A DNA stretch of 64,000 nt from Spirochaetia bacterium (GTDB taxonomy: Bacteria > Spirochaetota > Spirochaetia > SZUA-6 > Bin103), in contig CBDBOV010000002.1 in NCBI GenBank assembly GCA_965208575.1, positions 576,001 to 640,000 of the forward strand. Reading direction: 5' to 3'. Positions 18,807 through 28,418 of the stretch are shown piece after piece (the stretch's first letter is position 1; the number at the start of each line of letters is the position of its first letter). The position numbers and the translations under genes were made by a program. The notes beneath the pieces are model-generated. The model saw only the letters and a list, made by a program, of their open reading frames with translations, had not been told where the DNA came from and did no database searches.

Positions 18807-20419
18807 TGGCAGCGCCCGGTCGCGTGGCCGGCGGCGGGTCGGGGCACCTGACGGCGGTGGTGGACGTGGGCTCCAGCGCCTTCCGCCTGCTCATCGTCGA
18901 CCGCCACCCGGACGGCACCTGGGACGTGGTGGACCGCGCCGTCAAGCCGGTCCCGCTCGGCCACGACGTATTCTCCTCCGGGCGCATCGGGCGCGCCACC
19001 CTCACCCGCGGCGTGCAGGTGCTGAGCGCCTACTGCGAGCTGCTCGCCGGCTGGAACATCTCCCCCGCGGACACCCTGGTGTTCGGCACCAGCGCGCTGC
19101 GCGAGGCGCGCAACGGCGATACCTTCGTGGACCGGGTGGCGCTGCGCACCGGCCTGACGATCCAGGTGATCGGCGAGGTGGAAGAGAGCGAGCTGACCTA
19201 CCTCGCCGTGCGCCGGGCGCTCGGCGCCGAGCTGGCCGACGTGCTGCGCGCCAACGCGCTGATCGTCGAGGTAGGCGGCGGGCACGCCACGCTGATCCTG
19301 GTCAGGCGCGGTCGCATCTCCGCGCTGCGCACCCTCAAGGAGGGTACCGTGCGCATGCGCCGCCCGCTGCAGCTCGCCGGCGGCACCGGCATCGCACCGC
19401 GCGAAATCGTCGAGGAGACGATGGGACCGTTGCTGGCGTCGGTGCAGAAGGATCTGCGCCTGAGCCGCGTCGGCACCTTCATCGCCATCGGCAGCGACGT
19501 GAGCTTCCCGGTTACGCCGCTCGGCGGCGGCAGCAAGCCGGTCTCGCGTCTCGGCCTCGCCGCGTTCGACCGCTTCATCGACGAGGTCGCGGCGCTGCCG
19601 GTGGCGGACCTGGTGCGCGACCTGCAGGTCTCCTACAGCGACGCGGAGCTGCTGGTGCCCGGACTGCTCATCTACCGGTCGTTCCTGAACCTGACGGCCG
19701 CGCGGGAGATCCTGGTGGCGCGGGTCAGCATCCGCGAGGGCGCCCTGCTGCGCCACCACGACGCGCACGACAGTCCCGCGCTGCGCGAGATGCGCGCCCA
19801 GGTGACGGCAAACGCCATCAGCCTCGGCAAGCGCTACCGCTTCGACGAGCGCCACGCCCGCCACGTGGCACAGCTTTCCTGCCGCCTGTTCGACGAGTTG
19901 CGCGCCGAGCACGGCCTCGACGACCGCAGCCGGCTAATGCTGGAGGTGAGCGCCATCCTGCACGACATCGGCCAGGTGATTCGCACCAGCGGACACCACA
20001 AGCACGGTCACTACATCGTCAGCAACTCGGAGATCTTCGGACTCGACGGGCGCGACCGGGCGATCGTGGCCAACGTGGTGCGCTACCACCGGCAGGCGCT
20101 GCCGGCGCCGACGCACGGCGCATACATGCAGCTTGCGCGCGCCGACCGGATCGTGGTGAGCAAGCTCGCCGCCCTGCTGCGCGTGGCGGAGGCGCTCGAC
20201 CGCGGCCACAAGGGCCGCGTGGCCAGCCTGCGCGTGCACAAGAGCGACGACGAGGTCACCCTTGCCTGCGCGTGCGCCGGCGCGCTCGCGCTCGAAGAAC
20301 TCGCCATGGAACGCAAGGCCGACCTGTTCCGGGAGGTGTTCGGCCTGCGCGTGCGCCTGGAGCGCTCAGCCGGGCAGCCGCGCCCGCGCCTGCGGGCGCG
20401 GCCGGAACCTACAGGCTGA
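18806..20419 (+). CDS. ppx: Ppx/GppA exopolyphosphatase with HD domain
   Basis: VDVGSSAFRL, TSALREARN, EVGGG, SIREG, LHDIG, HHKHG; TGATG coupling to ROK gene. Confidence 0.9.
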   Translation: MAAPGRVAGGGSGHLTAVVDVGSSAFRLLIVDRHPDGTWDVVDRAVKPVPLGHDVFSSGRIGRATLTRGVQVLSAYCELLAGWNISPADTLVFGTSALREARNGDTFVDRVALRTGLTIQVIGEVEESELTYLAVRRALGAELADVLRANALIVEVGGGHATLILVRRGRISALRTLKEGTVRMRRPLQLAGGTGIAPREIVEETMGPLLASVQKDLRLSRVGTFIAIGSDVSFPVTPLGGGSKPVSRLGLAAFDRFIDEVAALPVADLVRDLQVSYSDAELLVPGLLIYRSFLNLTAAREILVARVSIREGALLRHHDAHDSPALREMRAQVTANAISLGKRYRFDERHARHVAQLSCRLFDELRAEHGLDDRSRLMLEVSAILHDIGQVIRTSGHHKHGHYIVSNSEIFGLDGRDRAIVANVVRYHRQALPAPTHGAYMQLARADRIVVSKLAALLRVAEALDRGHKGRVASLRVHKSDDEVTLACACAGALALEELAMERKADLFREVFGLRVRLERSAGQPRPRLRARPEPTG

Positions 20420-22226
20420 GGGTCACGCCGACCCCGAAGCGATGGCGGGTGGCGTCCTCGCCCTCCTCCAGGTCGAGATTCCCGACGTGCTCCACGGAAT
20501 AGCTGACCCGCGTACGCACGGCGACCGGCTCCGCCGCCAGGTGGGCGGTCGCGGCGAGCTCCAGTTGCAGGACCTCCTCCAGCACCGGCGCGTCCAGCAG
20601 CGACGGTTCGGGGCCGACGAAGGTGGCGCGTCCGTCCGCGTCGTAGCCGTCGTCCCAGATCGAGCCGTCGTCGTACGGTCCGCGGTTGTCGCGCCGCGCG
20701 GAGGCGTTGCCGTGGCGGATGCGGCGCGCCGCCAGCTCCAGGTCGAGCCACGCCAGCGGCGTGAACAGCGCCGCGAGCGTCACCTGGTCGGAGTTGGGCG
20801 GCAGGTTGTTGGCCAGCGGGCGCGCGCGGTGGGTGTAGGTGAGGTAGTTGATCGGCTGATGGCTGGAGTGGGTGTACATGTAGGGCGCCACGAACAGGTA
20901 GTCGAGCGACACGATGCCGGTGGTGTCGATCGCGCCCGACGCTGCCGGACTCCAGGAGATCAGCGCCTGTCCGGCGGTCTTGTTGGAGAACGGACTCGGG
21001 TTGAACGTGTCGTCGCCCACGAACGTGTTGTAGTCGTCCACGTACAGGCTCGCGGCCGCCCGGAACCCGGCCGGCAGGCGCGCGGTGGCGGCGAGTCCGG
21101 CGAGCGTGTTGTCGTAGTCGCGGGTGTACGGCTCGGTGATGAACGCCGTCGGCAGCAGCGAGTACAGGCTGAGGCGCGCCCCGAACAGCGACGCCGTGAA
21201 CGCGTCCACGCTGAGCCACGGCAGGGCGTGCCACTGCAGCGTGTGCAGCATCAGGTACTTGGCGGGGAACCCGTCGCTGAATTTGTCGCTGTGCACCCGG
21301 TTCTTGAGGACGTAGAGCTTGCCGCCGGGCTCGGCGGCGCGCTCGGCGACCAGTTCCAGGAACGCCGCGGTATAGGTGAGATGCTCGCCGGACAACGCGC
21401 CCACCAGGTGCGCGGTCGGCGGCGCGCCGGCGCCGAGCACCAGGCTGTCGGCGAACGGCGAGCCGTAGGCGCCTTGGCTGAAACCCGCGCGCAGGTGCAT
21501 GGTGCCGGTGCCGAAGCTTGCCGATGCGCGCAGGTCCTCCCGGCCGCTGAAGCGCGACTCGCCGATGGCGAAGTTGGGCCCGGCGTTCGGGAACACCGGC
21601 ACGGGTGAGAAGCGGTAGCGCAGTGCCGGTTCCGGGGTGCTCTCCCACCAGTAGCGGAACGCGGCCGAGTAGGCGAACAGGCCGTAGCGCGCGGTGGACT
21701 CGATGCCGCCGCCGAACCGGTAGTGGTCGTCGCCGGCGTCGTTCCCGCGCGGTGCGGTGAGCACGGCGCCGCCGAATATCGCCGCCTCGACGGGCGGCAG
21801 CACGGTCACTCCGGGACAGGCAAGACGATCAAAACCGCTGTCCAGGCATCGCCCGCCGGCCGGCTGTTCCGGACCCGGCGGCGGCACCGCATCCGGATTC
21901 CGCCGTGGCACTAGCCGCCGCAGGTAGGATGCGGCGAGCTCGCGGTCGAGCGCCGAGCCGGTCTCCTGCACCTGGCGCAGCAGGCCGATCACGAGCTGCG
22001 GTGCATACGGGCGCAGTGCCGGCAGCGGCGCCAGGTAGCCGTTCTGTTCCCAGATCGCGAGATGCCGGTAGATGCGGTCTGCGGGGTCGTACAGCGATTG
22101 GGCGGCGAGGGTTCCGGCCAGGCCGGCGAGCAGCAGCACGGCGATGGCAGGTACGGCGGCGGGCGCGCGCGCTCGGACCCGCGGCGAGCCCCGGTTACGG
22201 CGTGACGAGGAGTTCAGCTTCAGCAA
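20409..22226 (-). CDS. Exported, probable outer-membrane beta-barrel protein (start uncertain)
   Basis: Signal-peptide-like LLLAGLAGTLAAQ; amphipathic strands; C-terminal FGVGVTLSL. Confidence 0.6.
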   Translation of the reverse strand: MLKLNSSSRRNRGSPRVRARAPAAVPAIAVLLLAGLAGTLAAQSLYDPADRIYRHLAIWEQNGYLAPLPALRPYAPQLVIGLLRQVQETGSALDRELAASYLRRLVPRRNPDAVPPPGPEQPAGGRCLDSGFDRLACPGVTVLPPVEAAIFGGAVLTAPRGNDAGDDHYRFGGGIESTARYGLFAYSAAFRYWWESTPEPALRYRFSPVPVFPNAGPNFAIGESRFSGREDLRASASFGTGTMHLRAGFSQGAYGSPFADSLVLGAGAPPTAHLVGALSGEHLTYTAAFLELVAERAAEPGGKLYVLKNRVHSDKFSDGFPAKYLMLHTLQWHALPWLSVDAFTASLFGARLSLYSLLPTAFITEPYTRDYDNTLAGLAATARLPAGFRAAASLYVDDYNTFVGDDTFNPSPFSNKTAGQALISWSPAASGAIDTTGIVSLDYLFVAPYMYTHSSHQPINYLTYTHRARPLANNLPPNSDQVTLAALFTPLAWLDLELAARRIRHGNASARRDNRGPYDDGSIWDDGYDADGRATFVGPEPSLLDAPVLEEVLQLELAATAHLAAEPVAVRTRVSYSVEHVGNLDLEEGEDATRHRFGVGVTLSL

Positions 22227-22259
22227 TTCGGTTCCCGGTTCGTTACAGGTTGGTGTCCG

Positions 22260-23210
22260 CTACAGCGCTTCGCTCAGCGGGGGCACGCCCACCGAGTCGA
22301 CGACCCCGGCGATGAATTCGCGTTCGTCGACGCGCTGCGACTGTCCCCCAGCCTTCAAGATAATGCGCTTGCGCAACACGGGATAGGCCACCTCCTGGAT
22401 GTCCTCCGGGGTGACGTAGTCGCGGCCGCGCAGCGCCGCAAGCGCCTGCGCCGCCTTGTACAGCGCCAGCGAGCCGCGCGGCGACACGCCGAGCGCCAGG
22501 CGGCGGTCGCTGCGGGTGGCGCCCACCAGGGCCAGGATATAGGAGCGCAGCGAGTCGTCGACGTGCACCTGCAATACCCGCTGCTGCATGTCGATCAGCG
22601 TCGCGATGTCGGCTACCGGGGTGATGCGCGACAACGGGTGGCTGACGGCCGTGCCGAGCGCCATAACCGCGCGTTCCGCGTCGCGGTCGGGGTAGCCGAT
22701 CGACACGGTCATGAAGAAGCGGTCCTTCTGTACCTCCGGCAGCGGGAAGGTGCCCTCGGCGTCGCCGGGGCTCTCGGTGGCGATCAGGAAGAACGGGTCC
22801 GGCAGCGGCCGGCTGGTGCCTTCCACGCTCACCTGCCCCTCCGCCATCGCCTCCAGCAGCGCCGACTGGGTGCGCGGGGTGGCGCGGTTGATCTCGTCCA
22901 CCAGCAGCACGTTGGTCATCACCGGGCCTTCCCGGAACACGAATTCGCCGCTCTGCGGGTGGTAGATCGACACCCCGAGCACGTCGGCGGGCAGCAGGTC
23001 GGGAGTGCACTGCACCTGCTTGAACATGCCGCCCACGGTGTTGGCGAGGGCGCGCGCGAGCACGGTCTTGCCGACGCCCGGCACGTCCTCGATCAGCACG
23101 TGGCCGCGGCACAGCAGCGCCACCAGCACCTTCTCGGTGACCTCGTCCTTGCCGAAGAACGCGCCGCGCACGGCGTCGGTCACGCGTCCGGCCCACTGAG
23201 CCACGGTCAT
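22260..23210 (-). CDS. MoxR-family AAA ATPase
   Basis: EDVPGVGKT, QCTPDLLPADV, DEINRATPRTQSALLE, GVSPRGS. Confidence 0.93.
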   Translation of the reverse strand: MTVAQWAGRVTDAVRGAFFGKDEVTEKVLVALLCRGHVLIEDVPGVGKTVLARALANTVGGMFKQVQCTPDLLPADVLGVSIYHPQSGEFVFREGPVMTNVLLVDEINRATPRTQSALLEAMAEGQVSVEGTSRPLPDPFFLIATESPGDAEGTFPLPEVQKDRFFMTVSIGYPDRDAERAVMALGTAVSHPLSRITPVADIATLIDMQQRVLQVHVDDSLRSYILALVGATRSDRRLALGVSPRGSLALYKAAQALAALRGRDYVTPEDIQEVAYPVLRKRIILKAGGQSQRVDEREFIAGVVDSVGVPPLSEAL

Positions 23211-23499
23211 GCCGCCTGTCCTCCTTGCCCGCGTGTGGGGTTCGCACGGTCAGCAGCCCGCGGCGAGACTCCGGCTCCGTTCGGGCGCCGCCGCCGGTCC
23301 GCCGCCCGGTTCCACCACAGGCTGGCGGCTCCGCGCTGCGCACCGGTGCGCGGGGAGGAGACCGGTCGAGCGGGACGCACCGCCGCACCGTCCGTGCGCG
23401 GTTCACGGTCGCGCACCGCCTTGGCCGCGATCCTCCCGGTGGCGCTCATCCGGCCGACCGCCGGCAAGCTCCGGCCAACGGGCCGCGTGCTGTTGCCCG

Positions 23500-23602
23500 A
23501 CGCACCGACTCACCGGCGCCCGTGGCGCCCGCGATCAGCAGGTGCGGCGTGGCCGTCAGGTCGATCACCTGCGTCTCGGCGGTGATGTCCGTGCCGAGCG
23601 CG
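23500..23602 (-). pseudogene. FtsK translocase Walker-A region fragment
   Basis: ALGTDITAETQVIDLTATPHLLIAGATGAGESV vs FtsK consensus LGKDI....DL..PHLLIAGATGSGKSV. Confidence 0.7.
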
Positions 23603-23837
23603 TGCCGCGGCCGGCACTGTGGTCGCTGGTCGACGGAAGCGCGACGAGTCGTCCGGAGCACCGCGCCGCCGGCGGCCGCGGCCGAGCCGTCCCATGGCAT
23701 CACGCCGCGTCCCCGTCTGCGCATCACGGCGCGCAGCGGTCCTTGCGTGCGGTTCGCGCCGTGCCGGCGGCGCGGGATTCTCCGGTCAGCGTTCATCGCG
23801 CCGTTCATGCCCACCGGCGCGAGCGTCTCGGAGGCGC

Positions 23838-25394
23838 TCATCCTGACCGCCTCCGCCCGCGCAGCACGCTGCGCAGTTGTCCCTGGAACCGGTCGCCGCC
23901 GTCCGCGCCGGCGCCGGCGGCAGAGTACACCAGTTCCTCGAACAGCACGCCGAGTGCCAGCAGTTCGTCGTGCTGCTCGGGCAGCTTGGCCGCCAGCGCG
24001 CGCACGTAGTCGAGCGGCGCCAGCGAGCGCCGGAACGGCACGCCGGCGCGTTCGCCCCAGCGGATCAGCCGCACGAAGCCGCGCACCGCGGCGCCGTGCG
24101 TCCCGGAGCGCAGCCGATCGCGCAGCGCGCGCCGCACCGTCGCCTGGCGCCGCCGCTCGCGGGCCGCCTCGCGCACGGTATCGGCCAGCCGTGCCGCCGC
24201 GCCGCGCGGCGCGGACGCCATGCGTCGCAGGATCGCCAGCGCCGTGTCCAGCGCCTGCGAGATGCCCGCGGCCAGGCCGCGCAGCAGCCGTCCCACCGAC
24301 AGCGTGCGCAGTATCTCGCCGAAGTCGCGCGAGAACAGCGGCCGCACCAGGAACACTGCCAGTGCGCCGCCCAGGGCGACCAGGACCGTGACCAGGAATG
24401 CCTGGAACAGCCGCGCGGCCAGGTCCGACCCGTGCCGCTCACCGATCATCTGCGCGAATTCGCGCGTCTGCTCGGACTCCTCGGCCCGCGAGCTCGAAAG
24501 CGACATCGCCCGCCGGCGCACCTCGCGCGGTCCGTCCGGGGTCAACAGGTCGTTCAGCCAGGAGAAAAACGCCTCCAGGTGGCTGGCCGGCAGCGGCGGC
24601 TCGGGGCGCACCGTCGGCCATACGAGCACGGCGGCAAGCGCCACGAACAGCAGCGCGGCTCCCACGCGGCGGCGGCGCAGCGAGGCGGGCAGCACGAAGC
24701 CGCCGCCAAAATAACCCTGCTCCTCCTGGTAGCCGTTGAGCGCCGCGGTGTAGGCAAGTCCCAGGGCCAGGTGCAGCACCACCAGCAGCAGCAGGCCGGC
24801 GCCCACCTCGCGGCCGCCGAGCAGCGCCGCGCAGAATGCCAGCAGCACCAGCAACTGGAACCAGATCACCACCCGCTTCACCTGCCGCATGCGCGCCACC
24901 GACTCGGTGGCCTCGGTGGAGTAGGAGCGCACCGCGGTGCGCAGCTCGTTGCCCTCGATGCCGGTGATCGTGCTCAGAAACACCTCGCGCTCGCGGAACG
25001 CGCGGTGCAGCGAGAAGCAGGTCAGCCACATGACGAGCACCAGCGCCAGCGCGTAGATCACCTCCGGCTTGGCCGGGATGAGGTCGCCGGCGAACAGGTA
25101 GCCGCGGGTAGCCATGAACACCACCGCGGCGAGGATCAGAATCAGCAGCAGCTCGCGCAGCCGCGGCAGGCCGCCGCCCACCTTCTCGCGCGCCAGGGTG
25201 TTGGCTACCGCCGCCTGCGCGCCGCCAGCGAGCAGCAGCACCAGGATGGTGCCCGGCGGATTGGGCGCGAGCACCAGGTCGAGCACCAGCACGCGCAACA
25301 ACCGGTCGAGCAGCACCAGGAACAGGAACGGAATCGCCACCGCCAGGCTGGGATGGATGGCGGCGCGGTACACCGCCAGGCGCCGTTCATCCAC
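23838..25394 (-). CDS. Polytopic membrane protein with DUF4129-like C-terminus
   Basis: Multiple TM helices; C-terminal RAGVPFRRSLAPLDY..FEELVYS; MoxR/DUF58 context. Confidence 0.75.
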   Translation of the reverse strand: MDERRLAVYRAAIHPSLAVAIPFLFLVLLDRLLRVLVLDLVLAPNPPGTILVLLLAGGAQAAVANTLAREKVGGGLPRLRELLLILILAAVVFMATRGYLFAGDLIPAKPEVIYALALVLVMWLTCFSLHRAFREREVFLSTITGIEGNELRTAVRSYSTEATESVARMRQVKRVVIWFQLLVLLAFCAALLGGREVGAGLLLLVVLHLALGLAYTAALNGYQEEQGYFGGGFVLPASLRRRRVGAALLFVALAAVLVWPTVRPEPPLPASHLEAFFSWLNDLLTPDGPREVRRRAMSLSSSRAEESEQTREFAQMIGERHGSDLAARLFQAFLVTVLVALGGALAVFLVRPLFSRDFGEILRTLSVGRLLRGLAAGISQALDTALAILRRMASAPRGAAARLADTVREAARERRRQATVRRALRDRLRSGTHGAAVRGFVRLIRWGERAGVPFRRSLAPLDYVRALAAKLPEQHDELLALGVLFEELVYSAAGAGADGGDRFQGQLRSVLRGRRRSG

Positions 25395-26688
25395 GGATCA
25401 GGTCCCTTCCGTAACCGCCGACGGCGTGGCTGGTGAGCCCTGCCACCGCCAGGTCCTCGCGCCGCGCCCGGTGGGTGCTGACCAGGAACACCTCCACGTC
25501 GTAGCCGCGCCGGCGCAGGGCCAGCAGTGCGGCGCGCTGCCGCTCGGACGGCGGCGGCGTCACCACCACGATGCGCGTGCCGTTGGCCACCGGCACGGCG
25601 CCGCGCTGCACGATGTCGACGAAGTTGGCGGCGCCCTCGCCGGCGGTATTGATGCGGGCGAGTTGCTCCAGCAGGTGGGCGGCGTGGGCGTAGCCGGCGC
25701 GAACCGGCTCGGCGGTGCAGGCAGCGCCGCCGGGCGCCGGCAGGGTCGCGGCGGGATCCTCCGAATGGCCGTCGGATGCGGCGGTGTCGGCCGGTGCGGA
25801 CGCCCGCCCGGCGGCCGGCGGTGCCGCGGGAGCACCGGTCCGCGGTCCGATCAGCCCGCTGCTGGCCAGGCCCACCTCCTGGCCGATGCCGACGAAGTGG
25901 AACACCAGCGAAGCGGCGGTCTCGACGGCGCGTTCCACCAGGTGGGCGCGCTGCGCGAGCGGGTAGTCGTCCGCGGTGAGGTTGAGCAATACCAGCACCG
26001 GGAAGTAGATCGACGGCACGTACTCCATCGAATACAGCGCCCCCATGCGCGCGCTTGCCTTCCAGTTGATGCGCCTGGGCTCGTCGCCCGGCTGGTACTC
26101 GCGCAGCGAACGGTAGCGGGTCACGTCCTCGTACAGCTTGTTGAGCACCGTCAGGCTGCCGGAGGGCAGGCCGCGCTTGTGATGCAGGTCGAGAGCGAAG
26201 ATGTCGGGGTAGACGATGACCTGCTGATGGCTCGGCGCCTGCGTGCGCCACGGGAAGAATCCGAACGGATCGGTTCCGACCAGGTCGACCGGCCCGAGGT
26301 GGAACTCGCCGCGCTCACGGCCCTCGAGCCGATAGCTGAAGGTGCGCTCCTCCCACGGTCCGAGGCCGGTTACGAACTGCGCCGGGCGGCGCGCCGCGAA
26401 GCTGCCGATGCGGTCCGCCACGGTGAGGAAGTGGATCGGCAGCGGCGTCCGGTTGCGCACCGTCAGCGAACAGGTAAACGGCGCGAACCGGTTGGCGTGC
26501 ACCAGCGCCTCGCCGCGCGACACCACGACGCCGCTGCGCACGGTCAGCAGGTAACCGAACGCCAGCAGGCGGATCGCCAGCAGCCCGGCGGCGACCGCGC
26601 GCATCAGCGGCGGAGGGGCGAACAGCACGATGAACAGCAGCAGCAGGGGCACCACCACGTCGGGCCCCAAGCGCACGCGCGGCTTCAC
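25387..26688 (-). CDS. DUF58 domain protein
   Basis: DPFGFF, LREYQPGDEPRRINWKASAR. Confidence 0.9.
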   Translation of the reverse strand: MKPRVRLGPDVVVPLLLLFIVLFAPPPLMRAVAAGLLAIRLLAFGYLLTVRSGVVVSRGEALVHANRFAPFTCSLTVRNRTPLPIHFLTVADRIGSFAARRPAQFVTGLGPWEERTFSYRLEGRERGEFHLGPVDLVGTDPFGFFPWRTQAPSHQQVIVYPDIFALDLHHKRGLPSGSLTVLNKLYEDVTRYRSLREYQPGDEPRRINWKASARMGALYSMEYVPSIYFPVLVLLNLTADDYPLAQRAHLVERAVETAASLVFHFVGIGQEVGLASSGLIGPRTGAPAAPPAAGRASAPADTAASDGHSEDPAATLPAPGGAACTAEPVRAGYAHAAHLLEQLARINTAGEGAANFVDIVQRGAVPVANGTRIVVVTPPPSERQRAALLALRRRGYDVEVFLVSTHRARREDLAVAGLTSHAVGGYGRDLIRG

Positions 26689-27665
26689 CCCGCGGCCCTG
26701 CCGCCCGCGCCCGCGCCGGGCGCCGTCTGCCGGTGCGGAGCGAGCACCTCGTTCAGGATGCCGTCGATCACCGCCTCCGGCTGCAGGCCGCGCAGCAACT
26801 GCTCCGGCTTCACGCCGATCCGCTTGAGCAGGATGGCGGGCGCCAGCTCGCGCACCTCCTCCGCGCCGCCGACATCCTTGCCGCGCACCGCGGCCAGCGC
26901 CTGCGCCCCCTGGTAGAGCGCCATGGAGGCGCGCGGCGAAGCGCCGTACGCCAGCCGGGCGTCGTGCCGGGTGCGCTCCACCAGGTCCAGGATCAGGTCC
27001 TCGGTGGCCGGCGCGACCGCAACCGCGGCCACCTCCCGCTGCAGGCGGCGCACCGTCTCCAGGTCGGTGGCCGCCTCCAGGTCGGTGACCGGGTGGGTCA
27101 GCCGGCGCTGCGAGTGCAGGATTTCCTGTTCCGCCTCCGGCGACGGGTAGCCCATGCGCAGGGTCAGAAAGAAGCGGTCGCGCTGCGCCTCAGGCAGCGG
27201 GAAGGTGCCCTCGAACTCCACCGGGTTTTCGGTGGCCAGCATGAAGAACGGCTCGGGCAGCGGCGTGGTCTCGCCCTCCACGCTGATCTGGCCCTCCGAC
27301 ATCGCCTCCAGCAACGCCGACTGCGTGCGCGGCGTGGCGCGGTTGATCTCGTCGACCAGCAGGATGTTGGTCATGATTGGGCCCTGCCGGAACTCGAACC
27401 GGCCGCTGCGGGCGTGGTACACGGAGCCGCCGAGCACGTCCGCCGGCAGCAGGTCGGGGGTGCACTGGATGCGCCGGAACTCCCCGCCCAGGCAGGTGGA
27501 CAGCGCGCGCGCCAGCACCGTCTTGCCGACTCCGGGTACATCCTCCAGCAGCGCGTGGCCGCGGCACAGCAGGGTCACCAGCAGTTTCTCGACCACCTGC
27601 TCCTTGCCATAGATCACCCTGCCCACGGCCGCGGTCAGCGCCCGCGCCCAGCCCCGCGCGTCCAT
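26685..27665 (-). CDS. MoxR-family AAA ATPase
   Basis: Same motifs as 22260-23210 with canonical ATENPVEFEGTFPLPEAQRDRF; start reassigned to ATG 27665 (TACAAC 7 nt upstream). Confidence 0.93.
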   Translation of the reverse strand: MDARGWARALTAAVGRVIYGKEQVVEKLLVTLLCRGHALLEDVPGVGKTVLARALSTCLGGEFRRIQCTPDLLPADVLGGSVYHARSGRFEFRQGPIMTNILLVDEINRATPRTQSALLEAMSEGQISVEGETTPLPEPFFMLATENPVEFEGTFPLPEAQRDRFFLTLRMGYPSPEAEQEILHSQRRLTHPVTDLEAATDLETVRRLQREVAAVAVAPATEDLILDLVERTRHDARLAYGASPRASMALYQGAQALAAVRGKDVGGAEEVRELAPAILLKRIGVKPEQLLRGLQPEAVIDGILNEVLAPHRQTAPGAGAGGRAAG

Positions 27666-27675
27666 CTCGCCTGTT

Positions 27676-28052
27676 GTACCACACCAGCCCGTTGCATGTA
27701 CGCCGGCCCGCGGCAAGTGCCGCGTCAGCCGGCTCCCGGCGCCGCGTCCGCGGCTGGCGTGCCACACCAGCCCGTTGCAAGTACGCCGGCAGGCGGCAAG
27801 CGCGTGTCGGCCGGCTCCGGGCGTCGCGTCGGCGGTTGACGTGCCACTCCAGCCCGCTCCAAGTACGCCGGCCGGACGGGAAGGGCGGCGTCAGCCGGCT
27901 CCGGGCGTCGCGTCCGCGGCTGAGGTACCACACCAGCCCGTTGCAAGTACGCCGGCAGGCGGCAAGCGCGTGTCGGCCGGCTCCGGGCGTCGCGTCGGCG
28001 GCTGACGTGCCACACCAGCCCGCTCCAAGTACGCCGCCGGGCGGCAAGCGCG
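27676..28052. repeat. Tandem array of 82-84 bp units (about 4.5 copies)
   Basis: Units start at 27676, 27759, 27841, 27925, 28007 with core GTRCCACWCCAGCCCGYTSCAWGTACGCCG. Confidence 0.92.
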
Positions 28053-28112
28053 ACCTCGACCGGCGCGGACACCAATTGAGTGACAGATCGAGTCGCCGGG
28101 CTCCCCGACTGC

Positions 28113-28418
28113 TCACTGGTCTGTATCGTTCGTTGCTTCCAGCGTGTCCAACCCCGCCAGCACCGACTCGGCGGTGGCGTTGCCGGTGGCGCCCAGCGCG
28201 GCAAGCCGGTCGAGGGCCTCCCACAGCGTCACTCCGAGGAGGCCGGCGGCCTGCCGCAGGCTGACCTCGCCGGCCCGGTACTGGCCGGCGACGTACGCTT
28301 CAAAGCCCATACGCGCCAGCTTGCGCAACGACTGCGCCTGCTCGGCGTCTTCCCGCTCGGCGACGTACCGGATGGCCGCCTCAAGATCCTCGGTGATGCG
28401 TATGCTGCGAACACTCAT
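28113..28418 (-). CDS. UPF0175-family putative antitoxin
   Basis: YRAGEVSLRQAAGLLGVTLWE motif; coupled to PIN gene. Confidence 0.8.
   Translation of the reverse strand: MSVRSIRITEDLEAAIRYVAEREDAEQAQSLRKLARMGFEAYVAGQYRAGEVSLRQAAGLLGVTLWEALDRLAALGATGNATAESVLAGLDTLEATNDTDQ

Noticed and set aside
27676-28052. CRISPR array
   Set aside because: Intervening segments are homologous to one another (units 2 and 4 nearly identical), so there are no unique spacers; no cas genes in the window
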